In this document: positions 7,321 to 16,560 of the stretch, in pieces
Position numbering within the stretch: position 1 is the first letter of the stretch
Layout of the letters: the number at the start of each line of letters is the position of its first letter
From: an uncultured delta proteobacterium
Lineage (GTDB): Bacteria > Desulfobacterota > Binatia > Binatales > Binataceae
Direction: 5' to 3'
Length of the DNA: 64,000 bases
Assembly (NCBI GenBank): GCA_963771325.1
Contig: CAVYTJ010000002.1
Coordinates: forward strand, 673,074 to 737,073
Translations under genes and position numbers: made by a program
The notes under the pieces: model-generated
What the model saw: the letters and a program-made list of their open reading frames with translations, nothing else
Databases searched by the model: none
Told to the model about the DNA's origin: nothing

Positions 7321-10300
7321 TTAGGACAATTGTTCGATAAGTACCTTCGCGTCAATCAAATCTTTCGTATCAAGACCTTCGCTGAACCATCCGTAGATCT
7401 GCGCGAGCATCTGCCGGGCTTGCTCCTTCTTGCCTTGCTGCTCCCACAACCGGCTCAAGCTCGTCACCGCTCTTAACTCGAACGACTTGGCTTCTTGTTG
7501 ACGCGCAATCTCGATGGATTTACGGAAGCATTCTTCCGCTTCCATTTGGATGGCAGGCTCCGCTTCGACGCCGGAACGCCGGAGGACGAGTTCCCCCTTC
7601 AATCGATGGAGTGCCGCCTCGTTGTAGCGCTGGCCCGTTTTTTCCACTATCGCGATCGCCTCTGCCACAGCAGCCAGTCCTTCCTCGAAGCGTCCCGCTG
7701 TTGCGTATGCCTCCGCCAGGAAACAAAGAAACCACGGTCGGAACAGGCTGGCCCCTGATGCTAACTGGGCGTCCAAACCCTCGCGGATCATCGCAATTCC
7801 TTCCTCTGTTTGTCCCTGCTGGGCAAGTGCGTATCCTCGATACATAGTTGCCTGCGCCAGAAAACTCCCAAATCCTTGCTCCCTGCAGAGCGCGATCGCC
7901 GCCTCCGCTTGTTGCTGGTACGCAGGCCATTCCTTGCGAAGTTGAAGGATTGGAAGTGTGTGCAGCACCGTAAGTGCCAGGCTATACGCGTGAGACTGGT
8001 TGTGAGCCAGGGCGAATGTCTCCCCCATCCTCTTTGAAGACTGTTCTGGATGTCCGAGAAGCTCCAGGATCCACGCTGTCCTGCCGAGGCAAAACACTCC
8101 GGGATCCAGCCCATAGACAAATGTATGAACGTGATGTTTCTGAGGGTCGTACAAGCTGATCGCCCGTTCGAAGTGCTGCAAGGCAGGGATCAGCTTCCCG
8201 AAAAGGAACAGCGAATTTCCCTGCGCCAGATGAGCTTCCACCAGAAGACCAGAGTCTTGCACGCTCTCTGCCAGGCTCACGAGCTGCTGTGCTAGCTCAA
8301 AAGCCGACTGCAACTCTCCCCGTATGAGATGAAAGGATCGCAGACCAAACAACATTGGAAAGAGCCTTGCTTCCTCGCCTGATTGTCGGCCCAACTGGAG
8401 CGCTCGCTCGTAGACTGCCCCTACCTCTGGTGCCCCGTTCCCCTTCGTCGCTATCAGAACCGGACCAAGGATCGTCTGCAGGACCAACTCCCGCTGATCA
8501 CGTTGCGGGCTATTCGGCAAGGTCTTCAACAATTCCAATGCAGTAGTGAGGTATTTGATCGCTTCCGTGTTTGCGGATCGTTCGATAGCTTGTTGCGCGG
8601 CAAGTTGCAGATATTCCAGTGCCTTCAGGCTGCTTCCGCTGCAACTGTAGTGATGAGCCAGCTCTCCGTAGTGGTCTTCTAACCGAGAATTAAAGAGAGC
8701 TTCAATCTGACCTGCCGTGCGTTCGTGCAATTCCTTGCGCCGTTCTCCGAGTAACGAACCGTATGCCACCTCTTGGGTGAGCGCATGTTTGAAGGTGTAC
8801 GCAGATTCAGGAAAGGCAGGCTGCTCATAGATGAATTCGCTAAGTTGAAGGGCCGCAAGCATGCGTTCGAGTTCCTCGTCCGGCTTTCGTGTGACACCCC
8901 TTACCAGTCCGAGCGGGAATTCTTTGCCGATCACGGCGAGCGTCTGCAAGAACCCTTTCTCGTCCGCCGGCAGACGATCGATTCGCGAGGCCAGGATTCC
9001 CTTCACCGTGGGCGGGATGTGGATCTCGGATATTGAGCGGGTGACCTTGACCGCGCCATTGCGGACTAGCGCACCCTGATCGAACAGCGCCCGTATCATC
9101 TCCTCGATAAAAAATGGATTCCCCTCGGTTTTTTCGATGATCAGCCGCTTAAGCGGCCGCAGTTCCACCGCATCGCTCATCAATGCACTCAGCAACTCCT
9201 CGGCGCTCTCGCGCCCCAGCGGATCGAGCCGCAATTGAGTGTAGTACGTCTTACTGCCCCAGCTGTGTGAGTATTCGGGACGGTAATTCACGAGCATCAG
9301 GATCTTTGCGGTGCCGATCGATTCGACGAGCAGATTCAGCAGCGCCTGCGTCTGTTCATCGATCCAGTGCAGGTCCTCGAAGATCACGACCAGCAACTGG
9401 TTGAGGCTCTCGCGCAACAAAATCCGCTTGATGGCGTCCAGCGTGCGCCGACGCCGCAGGTCCGCGGCTATTTGCCCGAGCATCCCCCCTGGCTCCTCCA
9501 CCCCGAGCAGGGCGAAGACGTAGGGCAAGGTATCTTCCAGCGTCCGGTCGAGCATCAGTACCTTGCCGCCGATCTTTTCGCGCCGCCGCCGTTCGTTGTC
9601 TTCAGGGATCAGAGCGAAGTAGTCTTTGAGCAGCTCGATAACCGGCAGATAGGCCGAGGCCTTGCCGTGCGAGACCGAAAAAGCTTCGAGCACCAGGCAA
9701 CTGTCCTGCGCCACGGCTTTGAACTCGAAAAACAGCCTCGACTTGCCCAGCCCCGCCTCGCCCATCGCCGCTACCACCTGCCCGCGCGCGCCTTTAGTTC
9801 GCTCCAGCGCGCGCTTCATTTCCTCGATCTCGCGGTCCCGGCCGACGAATCGCGACAGCCCCCGCCGCGTCGACATCTGCAGCCGCGTGCGCAGCGGACC
9901 CAGCCCTACCAGCTCATAAACATTGACCAGCTCGCTCACGCCCTTGACCCGGGTTGGCCCCAACGTCTTGAACTCGAAGTATCCTTCGACCAGTTTCTGC
10001 GTATGCTCGCTCACCGCGATCGCCCCGGTCGGCGCGAGCGCCTGCATTCGCGCGGCCAGACTGGTCGAATGCCCGATCGGAGTGTACTCGGTGCGATGCT
10101 CGCCGGTCTGAACCGAGCGCACCACCATCTCGCCGGTGTTCAGCCCCACGCGAATCTCGATCGGCGCGCGCCCCTCCTCGCGCAGCTTGCTTGCGTACCG
10201 CTTGATGTCCTCCTGCATCTTGAGCGACGCGAGCAGCGCCCGCTGCGGATGGTCTTCGTGCGCGACCGGCGCTCCGAACAGCGCGAAGATGCCATCCCCG

Positions 10301-10746
10301 GTCGATTGCGCCACATAGCCCTCGTAGCGATGCACCGCGTCCATCATCAGCTTGAGCGCGGGATCGACCAGCCGGCGCGCCTCCTCCGGGTCGAGGTCCT
10401 CGATCAACTCCATCGAACCTTTGATATCGGCGAACAGGGCGGTGACCGTCTTGCGTTCGCCGTCGATCGCCATCGACGTTTCTGGCAGCTCCGCCGTGAC
10501 GCGAATTTCGGGAGCGGGTGCTGTTACCGGCGGCGCCTTGGGTGAAACAGCTTGAGCATTGCCAGCCAGCGCGCCCCCGCATTCGCCGCAGAAGTCCTCG
10601 CCGGGATCGTTCGAAGCACTGCATTGTGGGCACCGGCGCGCAAGCGAAGAACCGCATTTCGCGCAGAATTTGCGCCCCTCCCGATTTTCTGCTCCGCACT
10701 TCGCGCAGCGCATTTTTCCATTTCCCGTCTTGTCAGCGCGGTGCAC
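7321..10746 (-). CDS. double zinc ribbon / class III cyclase / STAND ATPase / TPR protein (paralogue 2 of 3)
   Basis: Same architecture as 3138-6506: CAKCGAEN..CAKCGS, TALFADIKGSMELIEDLDPEEARRLVDPALKLMMDAVHRYEGYVAQSTGDGIFALFG, GEAGLGKSRL, FEDLHWID. C-terminus ends YGWFSEGLDTKDLIDAKVLIEQLS. Confidence 0.9.
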   Translation of the reverse strand: MHRADKTGNGKMRCAKCGAENREGRKFCAKCGSSLARRCPQCSASNDPGEDFCGECGGALAGNAQAVSPKAPPVTAPAPEIRVTAELPETSMAIDGERKTVTALFADIKGSMELIEDLDPEEARRLVDPALKLMMDAVHRYEGYVAQSTGDGIFALFGAPVAHEDHPQRALLASLKMQEDIKRYASKLREEGRAPIEIRVGLNTGEMVVRSVQTGEHRTEYTPIGHSTSLAARMQALAPTGAIAVSEHTQKLVEGYFEFKTLGPTRVKGVSELVNVYELVGLGPLRTRLQMSTRRGLSRFVGRDREIEEMKRALERTKGARGQVVAAMGEAGLGKSRLFFEFKAVAQDSCLVLEAFSVSHGKASAYLPVIELLKDYFALIPEDNERRRREKIGGKVLMLDRTLEDTLPYVFALLGVEEPGGMLGQIAADLRRRRTLDAIKRILLRESLNQLLVVIFEDLHWIDEQTQALLNLLVESIGTAKILMLVNYRPEYSHSWGSKTYYTQLRLDPLGRESAEELLSALMSDAVELRPLKRLIIEKTEGNPFFIEEMIRALFDQGALVRNGAVKVTRSISEIHIPPTVKGILASRIDRLPADEKGFLQTLAVIGKEFPLGLVRGVTRKPDEELERMLAALQLSEFIYEQPAFPESAYTFKHALTQEVAYGSLLGERRKELHERTAGQIEALFNSRLEDHYGELAHHYSCSGSSLKALEYLQLAAQQAIERSANTEAIKYLTTALELLKTLPNSPQRDQRELVLQTILGPVLIATKGNGAPEVGAVYERALQLGRQSGEEARLFPMLFGLRSFHLIRGELQSAFELAQQLVSLAESVQDSGLLVEAHLAQGNSLFLFGKLIPALQHFERAISLYDPQKHHVHTFVYGLDPGVFCLGRTAWILELLGHPEQSSKRMGETFALAHNQSHAYSLALTVLHTLPILQLRKEWPAYQQQAEAAIALCREQGFGSFLAQATMYRGYALAQQGQTEEGIAMIREGLDAQLASGASLFRPWFLCFLAEAYATAGRFEEGLAAVAEAIAIVEKTGQRYNEAALHRLKGELVLRRSGVEAEPAIQMEAEECFRKSIEIARQQEAKSFELRAVTSLSRLWEQQGKKEQARQMLAQIYGWFSEGLDTKDLIDAKVLIEQLS

Positions 10747-10886
10747 TATCTCGACAACCGCGCCGGAGAAACAAAGGTCTACTACGTGGGCACGCCAACG
10801 CCTACCCTACTCTCTCGGTGCTCGGCCGTTCGCCCTCCTGTCTCCCGTGGCGACGGCCGAGCGATCCGAAGGTCACTGTGCAGAGC

Positions 10887-10914
10887 AGAAAAACGGGGGG
10901 ACGTTTGTCCCGCG
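10887..10914 (-). terminator. candidate intrinsic terminator downstream of the cupredoxin gene
   Basis: Minus-strand RNA reads ccgcgggac-aaac-gucccccg followed by UUUUU, immediately after the stop at 10917. Confidence 0.5.
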
Positions 10915-10916
10915 GA

Positions 10917-11462
10917 TCACTTCACGTCTATTTCCATGCGCATCCAGGGATGGATGCAGCATTCGAAGAGATGCTTGCCCTTCGAAAGACCGGTGATATC
11001 AAGGTGGCTACCCTGGAGGATTCGCGTCCTGGCCACCGCGATGTTTTTAAAGCCACCGGAGCACTCGGGAATGACGCTTGTTGCGCTGCCAGGATTGAGC
11101 TGCGGGATGAATCCGTTACCGAACTCCTTTACCTCGGTAAAGGTGTGCGGCTCACCGCCTTGGTCGACTATGGAAACGATGGTCCCCCGCTTGATCGTCA
11201 ACTTGTCGGGTTCGAAGTCCCAGCCCGGATCGGGAGTTCCAGCCTCCGCCAATGCAAATAGCTCGGACAGTGTAGTAAATGCTCCGAGCGTGACGTTTTT
11301 GCAAAAGTCCGGGCCCACCGCCGCGTTGAACGTGACTGGATCACATTCGTCCAAGGCCACGATCTGGGCCAGACTAGGTGATTTATCTTGCGCACCCGCG
11401 TGCGTCGCGCCAGCGAACATCAAGCAGCCGACGAATAAACCCACTACCACGGTAATTTTCAT
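10917..11462 (-). CDS. secreted cupredoxin (amicyanin/plastocyanin-like type 1 copper protein)
   Basis: Signal peptide MKITVVVGLFVGCLMFAGATHA. Candidate T1Cu ligands: His in GGEPHTF and the C-terminal FECCIHPWM (Cys-x2-His-x2-Met, the amicyanin CTPHPFM spacing). Confidence 0.6.
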   Translation of the reverse strand: MKITVVVGLFVGCLMFAGATHAGAQDKSPSLAQIVALDECDPVTFNAAVGPDFCKNVTLGAFTTLSELFALAEAGTPDPGWDFEPDKLTIKRGTIVSIVDQGGEPHTFTEVKEFGNGFIPQLNPGSATSVIPECSGGFKNIAVARTRILQGSHLDITGLSKGKHLFECCIHPWMRMEIDVK

Positions 11463-11693
11463 CTTGATTCTTCCTCCTCGTCGATCAGATTAACGTTGGT
11501 TCCACGGCATTCCTCTGGCCAAAAAACCACGCGCAATTCGCAATTTTTAAGGCTCACCTCCTTTGTCGCGCGATTGTGAGTTTGTTGCGTTTTGTGCGAG
11601 TATCGCAGCCATCCGAGCGCGAAGTCCTGATCGAATTCGAACATTTCTCTTACAACTTGCGCCCCATCCGACCGCTCGGAGGAGCTAGCAGAG

Positions 11694-13428
11694 ATGGCGG
11701 CAGAACATGCAGTCCGCTTCGGTCCCTATCGGCTCGACGCCTCCGAGGAGCAGGTCTGGCGGGGCCAACAGCTGGTGAAGCTCACGCCCAAGAGCTTCTC
11801 CGTTCTGCGCTACCTCGCGGAACGTCCAAAGCGCCTAGTCACCAAGGAGGAACTGTTCAGGGCACTGTGGCCGAATACGGCGGTTAGCGATGCGGCATTG
11901 ACAAGATGCATTCGCGAGATTCGGGAGGCGCTCACCGACGATGCGCGCTCGCCCCATTACATCGAGACCGCGCACCGGCGTGGGTTTCGCTTCGTTGGGC
12001 CCCCGGCCGAGGTGCGCCAGCCGATCCCGCGAACGAAGACAAAGTATGCGAAGAGTGGAGGCGTTAACATCGCCTATCAGGTCGTCGGCGAGGGCCCGGT
12101 CGACCTGGTGATGGTGCCCGGGTGGACCTCGAACGTGGAGGGCTGGTGGGAGCTACCCGCCTCGGCGGCCTTCTATGAACGGCTGGCGACCTTCTGCCGC
12201 CTTATCATTTTCGACAAGCGGGGAACCGGCATGTCGGACCCCTTTCCCCTCGATCAACCGCCCACGCTCGAGCAGCGGATGGACGACGTGCGAGCGGTCA
12301 TGGACGCAGCGGGCTTCGAACGGGCGGTATTGTTCGGATATTCCGAGGGTGGCCCGATGTCCCTCCTATTTGCCGCCACCTACCCGGAGCGGACGGTCGC
12401 GCTCGTTCTGCACGGGACGTTCGCCAAGCAGGAATGGCATGACACATTTGCGGCGAGGCTCGCCGAAACGCCCGAACAACTCGCGGCGCTGGTCGAGGAG
12501 CGATGGTCCGAGGGCTGGCCCGGCCTCGATGTATGGGCGCCGACCTTCGCGGACAACGAAGAGAACCGACAGGCGTTCGCCCGCTTCATGCGGCAAGCGG
12601 CGAGCCCCGCGACCGCCGCGGCGATCCTACGGATGTCGTGGGAGATCGACGTGCGGCCCATTTTGCCCGCGATCCGCGTGCCGACCTTGATTCTCCACCG
12701 CCGCGAAGAACGAGCGTTTGGCGTGGCGCATGCGCGATATCTCGCCGATCACATTCCTGAGGCGAAGTATGTCGAGATGCCCGGCGTGGATCACCTCCTG
12801 TACGCTGGCGACCACGAGGCGATAGCGGAGACGGTCGAGGAGTTCCTGACCGGTGCCCGACATGCCCGCAAGGCCGGCCTTCTCGCCACGGTGTTGCTCA
12901 TCGACGTCGTGGATTCGGCGGGACGAGCCTCCGAGCCCGGCGACCGCGCCTGGCGAAGTCTCCTCGGGCGCTACCAGGAGTTGGTTCGAAGGGAAGTGAG
13001 CCGTTTTCGTGGACGCGAGGCGGCAGGTGATCGCTGCGCGGCGACGTTCGACGGCCCGATCCGAGCGCTTCGCTGTGCGCTGAGGCTGCGTGAGGCCCTT
13101 CGGGAGTCAAGACTTCCAAATCCGCATGAGTGTACACACCGGAGAATGCGAATTCCAAAACGATCGGCTGAGCGGCACTACGGTTCGCATCGCGGCCCAG
13201 ATTCTCGCCAAAGCCGCGCCGGGTGAGATCTGGGTATCGGGTACCACGAAGGATTTGGTACCCGGCTCGAGAATCGAGTTTGAGGATCGAGGACTACACG
13301 TCTTAGGCGATATCCCACGACAATGGCCTTTGTTCATCGTGAAATCGACGGATGACGCGGCAACCCGTCGATCACGGTCTCTTCCTCCTTCTCGCTCACA
13401 GCTCTACCGGACCGCTCGGCGCGGATGA
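11694..13428 (+). pseudogene. winged-helix (OmpR/CadC-type) + alpha/beta-hydrolase + class III cyclase-domain protein, interrupted by a +1 frameshift near 13096-13105 (possibly an assembly artefact)
   Basis: Residues 1-105 VRFGPYRLD...LTPKSFSVLRYLAERPKRLVTKEELFRALWPN...RRGFRFVG form a trans_reg_C domain. This is followed by an alpha/beta-hydrolase fold (GYSEGG nucleophile elbow). CHD start LLIDVVDSAG...GDRCAATFDG is in frame 0, and the CHD continues as IRMSVHTGECEF...GTTVRIAAQ in frame +1 (ORF 13090-13428). The shift site is at a CCC/GGG run. Confidence 0.75.
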
Positions 13429-13655
13429 GTGCTCTGATGAATGCTCTTTGGTGGCCCGATTGGGCGCCGATATCACGCTGTCCGAAATAGCGATACCGCG
13501 ACTCGTGAAATAGGCGCTTTCATCGTTTTGAGCGAAGGCCGGCATCGCGCCTATACTTGACAGTGGAAGCCATATCGACGCGGGCCGAATGTGGCCGAGG
13601 CCGCGATCAAAGACGCTCTCTGCGGAGCCAATAAACCGACCGACGGGAAGACACT

Positions 13656-15713
13656 ATGTCGAACTCGGCTCAATCGTTGTCCGACGAACGGCTGGTTTCC
13701 GGAGTCCATCTGGTAGGCAGTATCCCGCTCGCCGATGCCGACCAGGTGTTTCGGCGGGTGACTGCGGATCTCGGCGACCGGTTAAGACGCATCCCCGATG
13801 GCGAGACCGGTCCGCGAGCGGACTGGATCATCTGGCAGTATCCCATCCTCAGTTCGCGGCCGGAGTTCGAGATCTGCCCGCCCGGGCCGGACCATTATCG
13901 GGCGCTACCGAGGCTGCGGCTTGGTGAAGGCGTCGCGGCCGCGGATATTGCCTTCGAGCGGCTCGGCTACGCGCAGACCGCGATCGCGTCTTACCGCCTG
14001 TTCGCGACGCTCAAGCGCGACGGGATCGTGCCGGTGCATTGCCGCTTTCAGGTATCGCTGCCCACTCCGCTTGCGCCGATCAGCGCGTTCGTTGCGAGCG
14101 ACGCTCAAAGCGCCGTCGAGCCAATTTATGAAGCGCGCATGCTGGAAGAGGTGGCGCTGATCATACAGGCGATCCCCGCCGATCAACTGGCTATTCAATG
14201 GGACACGAACGTCGAGTTTGCGATGCTCGAAGGCTCGGTACCCGCATGGTTCGACGACGTGCGCGCGGGCATCATGGAACGGCTGTTGCGCTTGAGCCGC
14301 CACGTGCCGCCCGCGGTCGAACTGGGTTATCACCTGTGTTATGGCGACGGGCGCCATCGCCACACCGCCGCGAAAGACGCGCGCAAGCTGGTTGAAATCG
14401 CCAACGCGCTGGCGGCGAGTCTGGACCGGCCGCTCAACTGGCTACACATGCCGGTGCCCGTCAACGCCGCGGAATCCTATTTCTCGCCGATGGCCGCGCT
14501 GATGCTACGTGCGGAAACCGAGCTTTACCTCGGAGTAATCGATCCGTCGGACGGCCTGGGGGGCGCGCTGCGGCGAATCAGGATGGCGCGGTCTTTTGTG
14601 GACGGATTCGGCGCCGCCACCGTCTGCGGATGGGGCCGGCAGCCGGAGCGGATCGTTCCTGAACTGCTCAAGCTGCACGCCGAGGTCGCGCGGCCGGTGG
14701 TGTCGCGCTCGGATCAGCACGCGTCGTTCGTATGGCCGAGCGGCTTCGATCGGATACCCGACGAAGATTGGACGCATCAGCCGGTGGACCGTTTCGGGCT
14801 GGCCTATGACAAGGTGGAGCGTCACAGTTGGTATCGCAACCTCGATCCGATCGTCGAGGAACTCGCCGGCAATCTGAAGGACGGCGACATCATGGTGGAT
14901 TATTCGGGCGGAACCGGAATTCTCCTCGATCGTCTCAAGTTGAGAATTTTCGACCGCGCGGCCGGCATTTTGATAGCGGACAGTTCGCCGCGTTTTTTGC
15001 GTGTCGCGCACGAGAAATTCGCCGGCGATCCGCGCGTTGCTTTCCGGCTCCTGCGCTTCCTGAAAGAGGAGAAGCGCGTGCAGCGAATCAACGAAGTGTT
15101 GAGCCCGCCGCTCCTTCAGCGCGGAGTCGACACCATCGCGTGCACCAATGCGGTCCATCTCTACACGGACCTGGAGGAAACCGCTTCCGCGTGGGCTTCC
15201 GTTCTGCGGCCCGGCGGCAAGTTGTTCATCAATTCCGGAAATATCCGCAACCCGCGCGCCAAGCCCAATCAGTGGATCCTGGATGAAACGGTGTGGGTCA
15301 TAAATGACCTTGCCGAGGGCATCGTCCGCAGCGATCCCCGCTATGCGGCGTATCGGCCGGTTCTCGATGACGGTGAGCGCATGGAGGCGCACAGCGCGTT
15401 TAGAAATCGCGTGTTCGTTGAACCGCGGCGGCTTGATTTCTATCTGAACACGCTCCGGAGCGCAGGTTTTCAGATCGAGGGCGTGACGGAGCACAATATC
15501 CGGGCCCGCGTCGACGACTGGTACGAATTTTTGACCGCATACCATGACGCGGTGCTCGGATGGGCCGGCGGAAATGAGAAAGTCGACGGACGGGCGCCCA
15601 CCGCGGAAGCGATCGCGGACCGCCTCTCCCTGATTCGGCAGGCGATAGATACGTTGTTCGGCGGCCGCACGGAGTTCGACGCCTGCTGGACCTATATCAA
15701 CTGCGCGCGCTGA
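13656..15713 (+). CDS. 685-aa two-domain protein: uncharacterised N-terminal ~430 aa plus C-terminal class I SAM-dependent methyltransferase domain
   Basis: C-terminal half carries methyltransferase motif I (IMVDYSGGTGILLDRL) and downstream Rossmann-fold elements. I do not recognise the N-terminal region as any family. Confidence 0.7.
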   Translation: MSNSAQSLSDERLVSGVHLVGSIPLADADQVFRRVTADLGDRLRRIPDGETGPRADWIIWQYPILSSRPEFEICPPGPDHYRALPRLRLGEGVAAADIAFERLGYAQTAIASYRLFATLKRDGIVPVHCRFQVSLPTPLAPISAFVASDAQSAVEPIYEARMLEEVALIIQAIPADQLAIQWDTNVEFAMLEGSVPAWFDDVRAGIMERLLRLSRHVPPAVELGYHLCYGDGRHRHTAAKDARKLVEIANALAASLDRPLNWLHMPVPVNAAESYFSPMAALMLRAETELYLGVIDPSDGLGGALRRIRMARSFVDGFGAATVCGWGRQPERIVPELLKLHAEVARPVVSRSDQHASFVWPSGFDRIPDEDWTHQPVDRFGLAYDKVERHSWYRNLDPIVEELAGNLKDGDIMVDYSGGTGILLDRLKLRIFDRAAGILIADSSPRFLRVAHEKFAGDPRVAFRLLRFLKEEKRVQRINEVLSPPLLQRGVDTIACTNAVHLYTDLEETASAWASVLRPGGKLFINSGNIRNPRAKPNQWILDETVWVINDLAEGIVRSDPRYAAYRPVLDDGERMEAHSAFRNRVFVEPRRLDFYLNTLRSAGFQIEGVTEHNIRARVDDWYEFLTAYHDAVLGWAGGNEKVDGRAPTAEAIADRLSLIRQAIDTLFGGRTEFDACWTYINCAR

Positions 15714-15818
15714 CGTCGGATGCGTCCGTCGTTCACGAACCGCCGCGGCGGCCAGGGCCGCGAGGGGGCCGCCCTGCCTTTTTGAACGGCACGCAATCCG
15801 GCGGATATACTTGCGCCG

Positions 15819-16535
15819 GTGAACTCTGAATCGCCGCCGCCCTCGCGAAGGGTGAACGAGCCCGCCGCCGCGCGCAGCGATCGCGCCGCGCGCCCCAAGG
15901 TCGCCGTCGACACGGTGGTGTTCGCGGTCGAGGGCGGCCGGCTCAAGACCTATCTCGTGCAGTTGCGCCGCGGCGCGGTCCGCGGGCGATGGGCCTTCGC
16001 CGGCGGCCTGGTGCGGATGGGCGAGATGCTCGACGAGGCGGCGCATCGCGAGCTTTACGCCTCGACCGGCATCCGCGAGGCCTACCTGGAGCAGCTTTTC
16101 ACCTTCGGCGACCCCTCGCGGGACCCGCGGGCCCACGTCGTTTCGGTGGCCTACATGGCGCTTATCGCGGACGCGCGCAGTGCCGCGGCGCCGGGCGGCA
16201 AATACCAGGACGGCCGCTGGTTCGAGGTTTCGGCGCTGCCCGCGCTTGCGTATGATCATCAACAGATGGCGCAATATGCGCTCGGAAGGCTCAAGGCCAA
16301 GCTCGAGTACACCAATATCGCGTGTAACCTGCTGCCTGAGACCTTCACCTTCGCGGAACTGGAAGCGCTGTACGCGATGATCCTCAAGCGGCCGATCGAC
16401 CGGCGCAATTTTCGCCGGCGGATTCTCTCGATGGGAATCCTGCGCCGCTTGCCGGCCACCCGCCGCGGCGCCCATCGCCCGGCCGCGCTCTACAGTTTCA
16501 TGCGGCGCGACCCGCAAGTCGTGGAAATGCTATAG
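15819..16535 (+). CDS. NrtR-like regulator (Nudix-related N-domain with degenerate Nudix box plus C-terminal winged helix)
   Basis: GLVRMGEMLDEAAHRELYASTGI matches Gx5Ex7RE but has lost the EE pair, as in non-catalytic NrtR. The C-terminus ...TFTFAELEALYAMILKRPIDRRNFRRRILSMGIL resembles the NrtR wHTH. The GTG start at 15819 is uncertain. Confidence 0.55.
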   Translation: MNSESPPPSRRVNEPAAARSDRAARPKVAVDTVVFAVEGGRLKTYLVQLRRGAVRGRWAFAGGLVRMGEMLDEAAHRELYASTGIREAYLEQLFTFGDPSRDPRAHVVSVAYMALIADARSAAAPGGKYQDGRWFEVSALPALAYDHQQMAQYALGRLKAKLEYTNIACNLLPETFTFAELEALYAMILKRPIDRRNFRRRILSMGILRRLPATRRGAHRPAALYSFMRRDPQVVEML

Positions 16536-16560
16536 TGATCCGAGTGATCGGGTGAGCATC

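Noticed and set aside
14505-16517. 670-aa ORF on the minus strand
   Set aside because: Antisense to two well-supported plus-strand genes (the MTase fusion and NrtR-like). It has an Arg/Ala-rich composition typical of a GC-rich antisense frame and no recognisable motifs.
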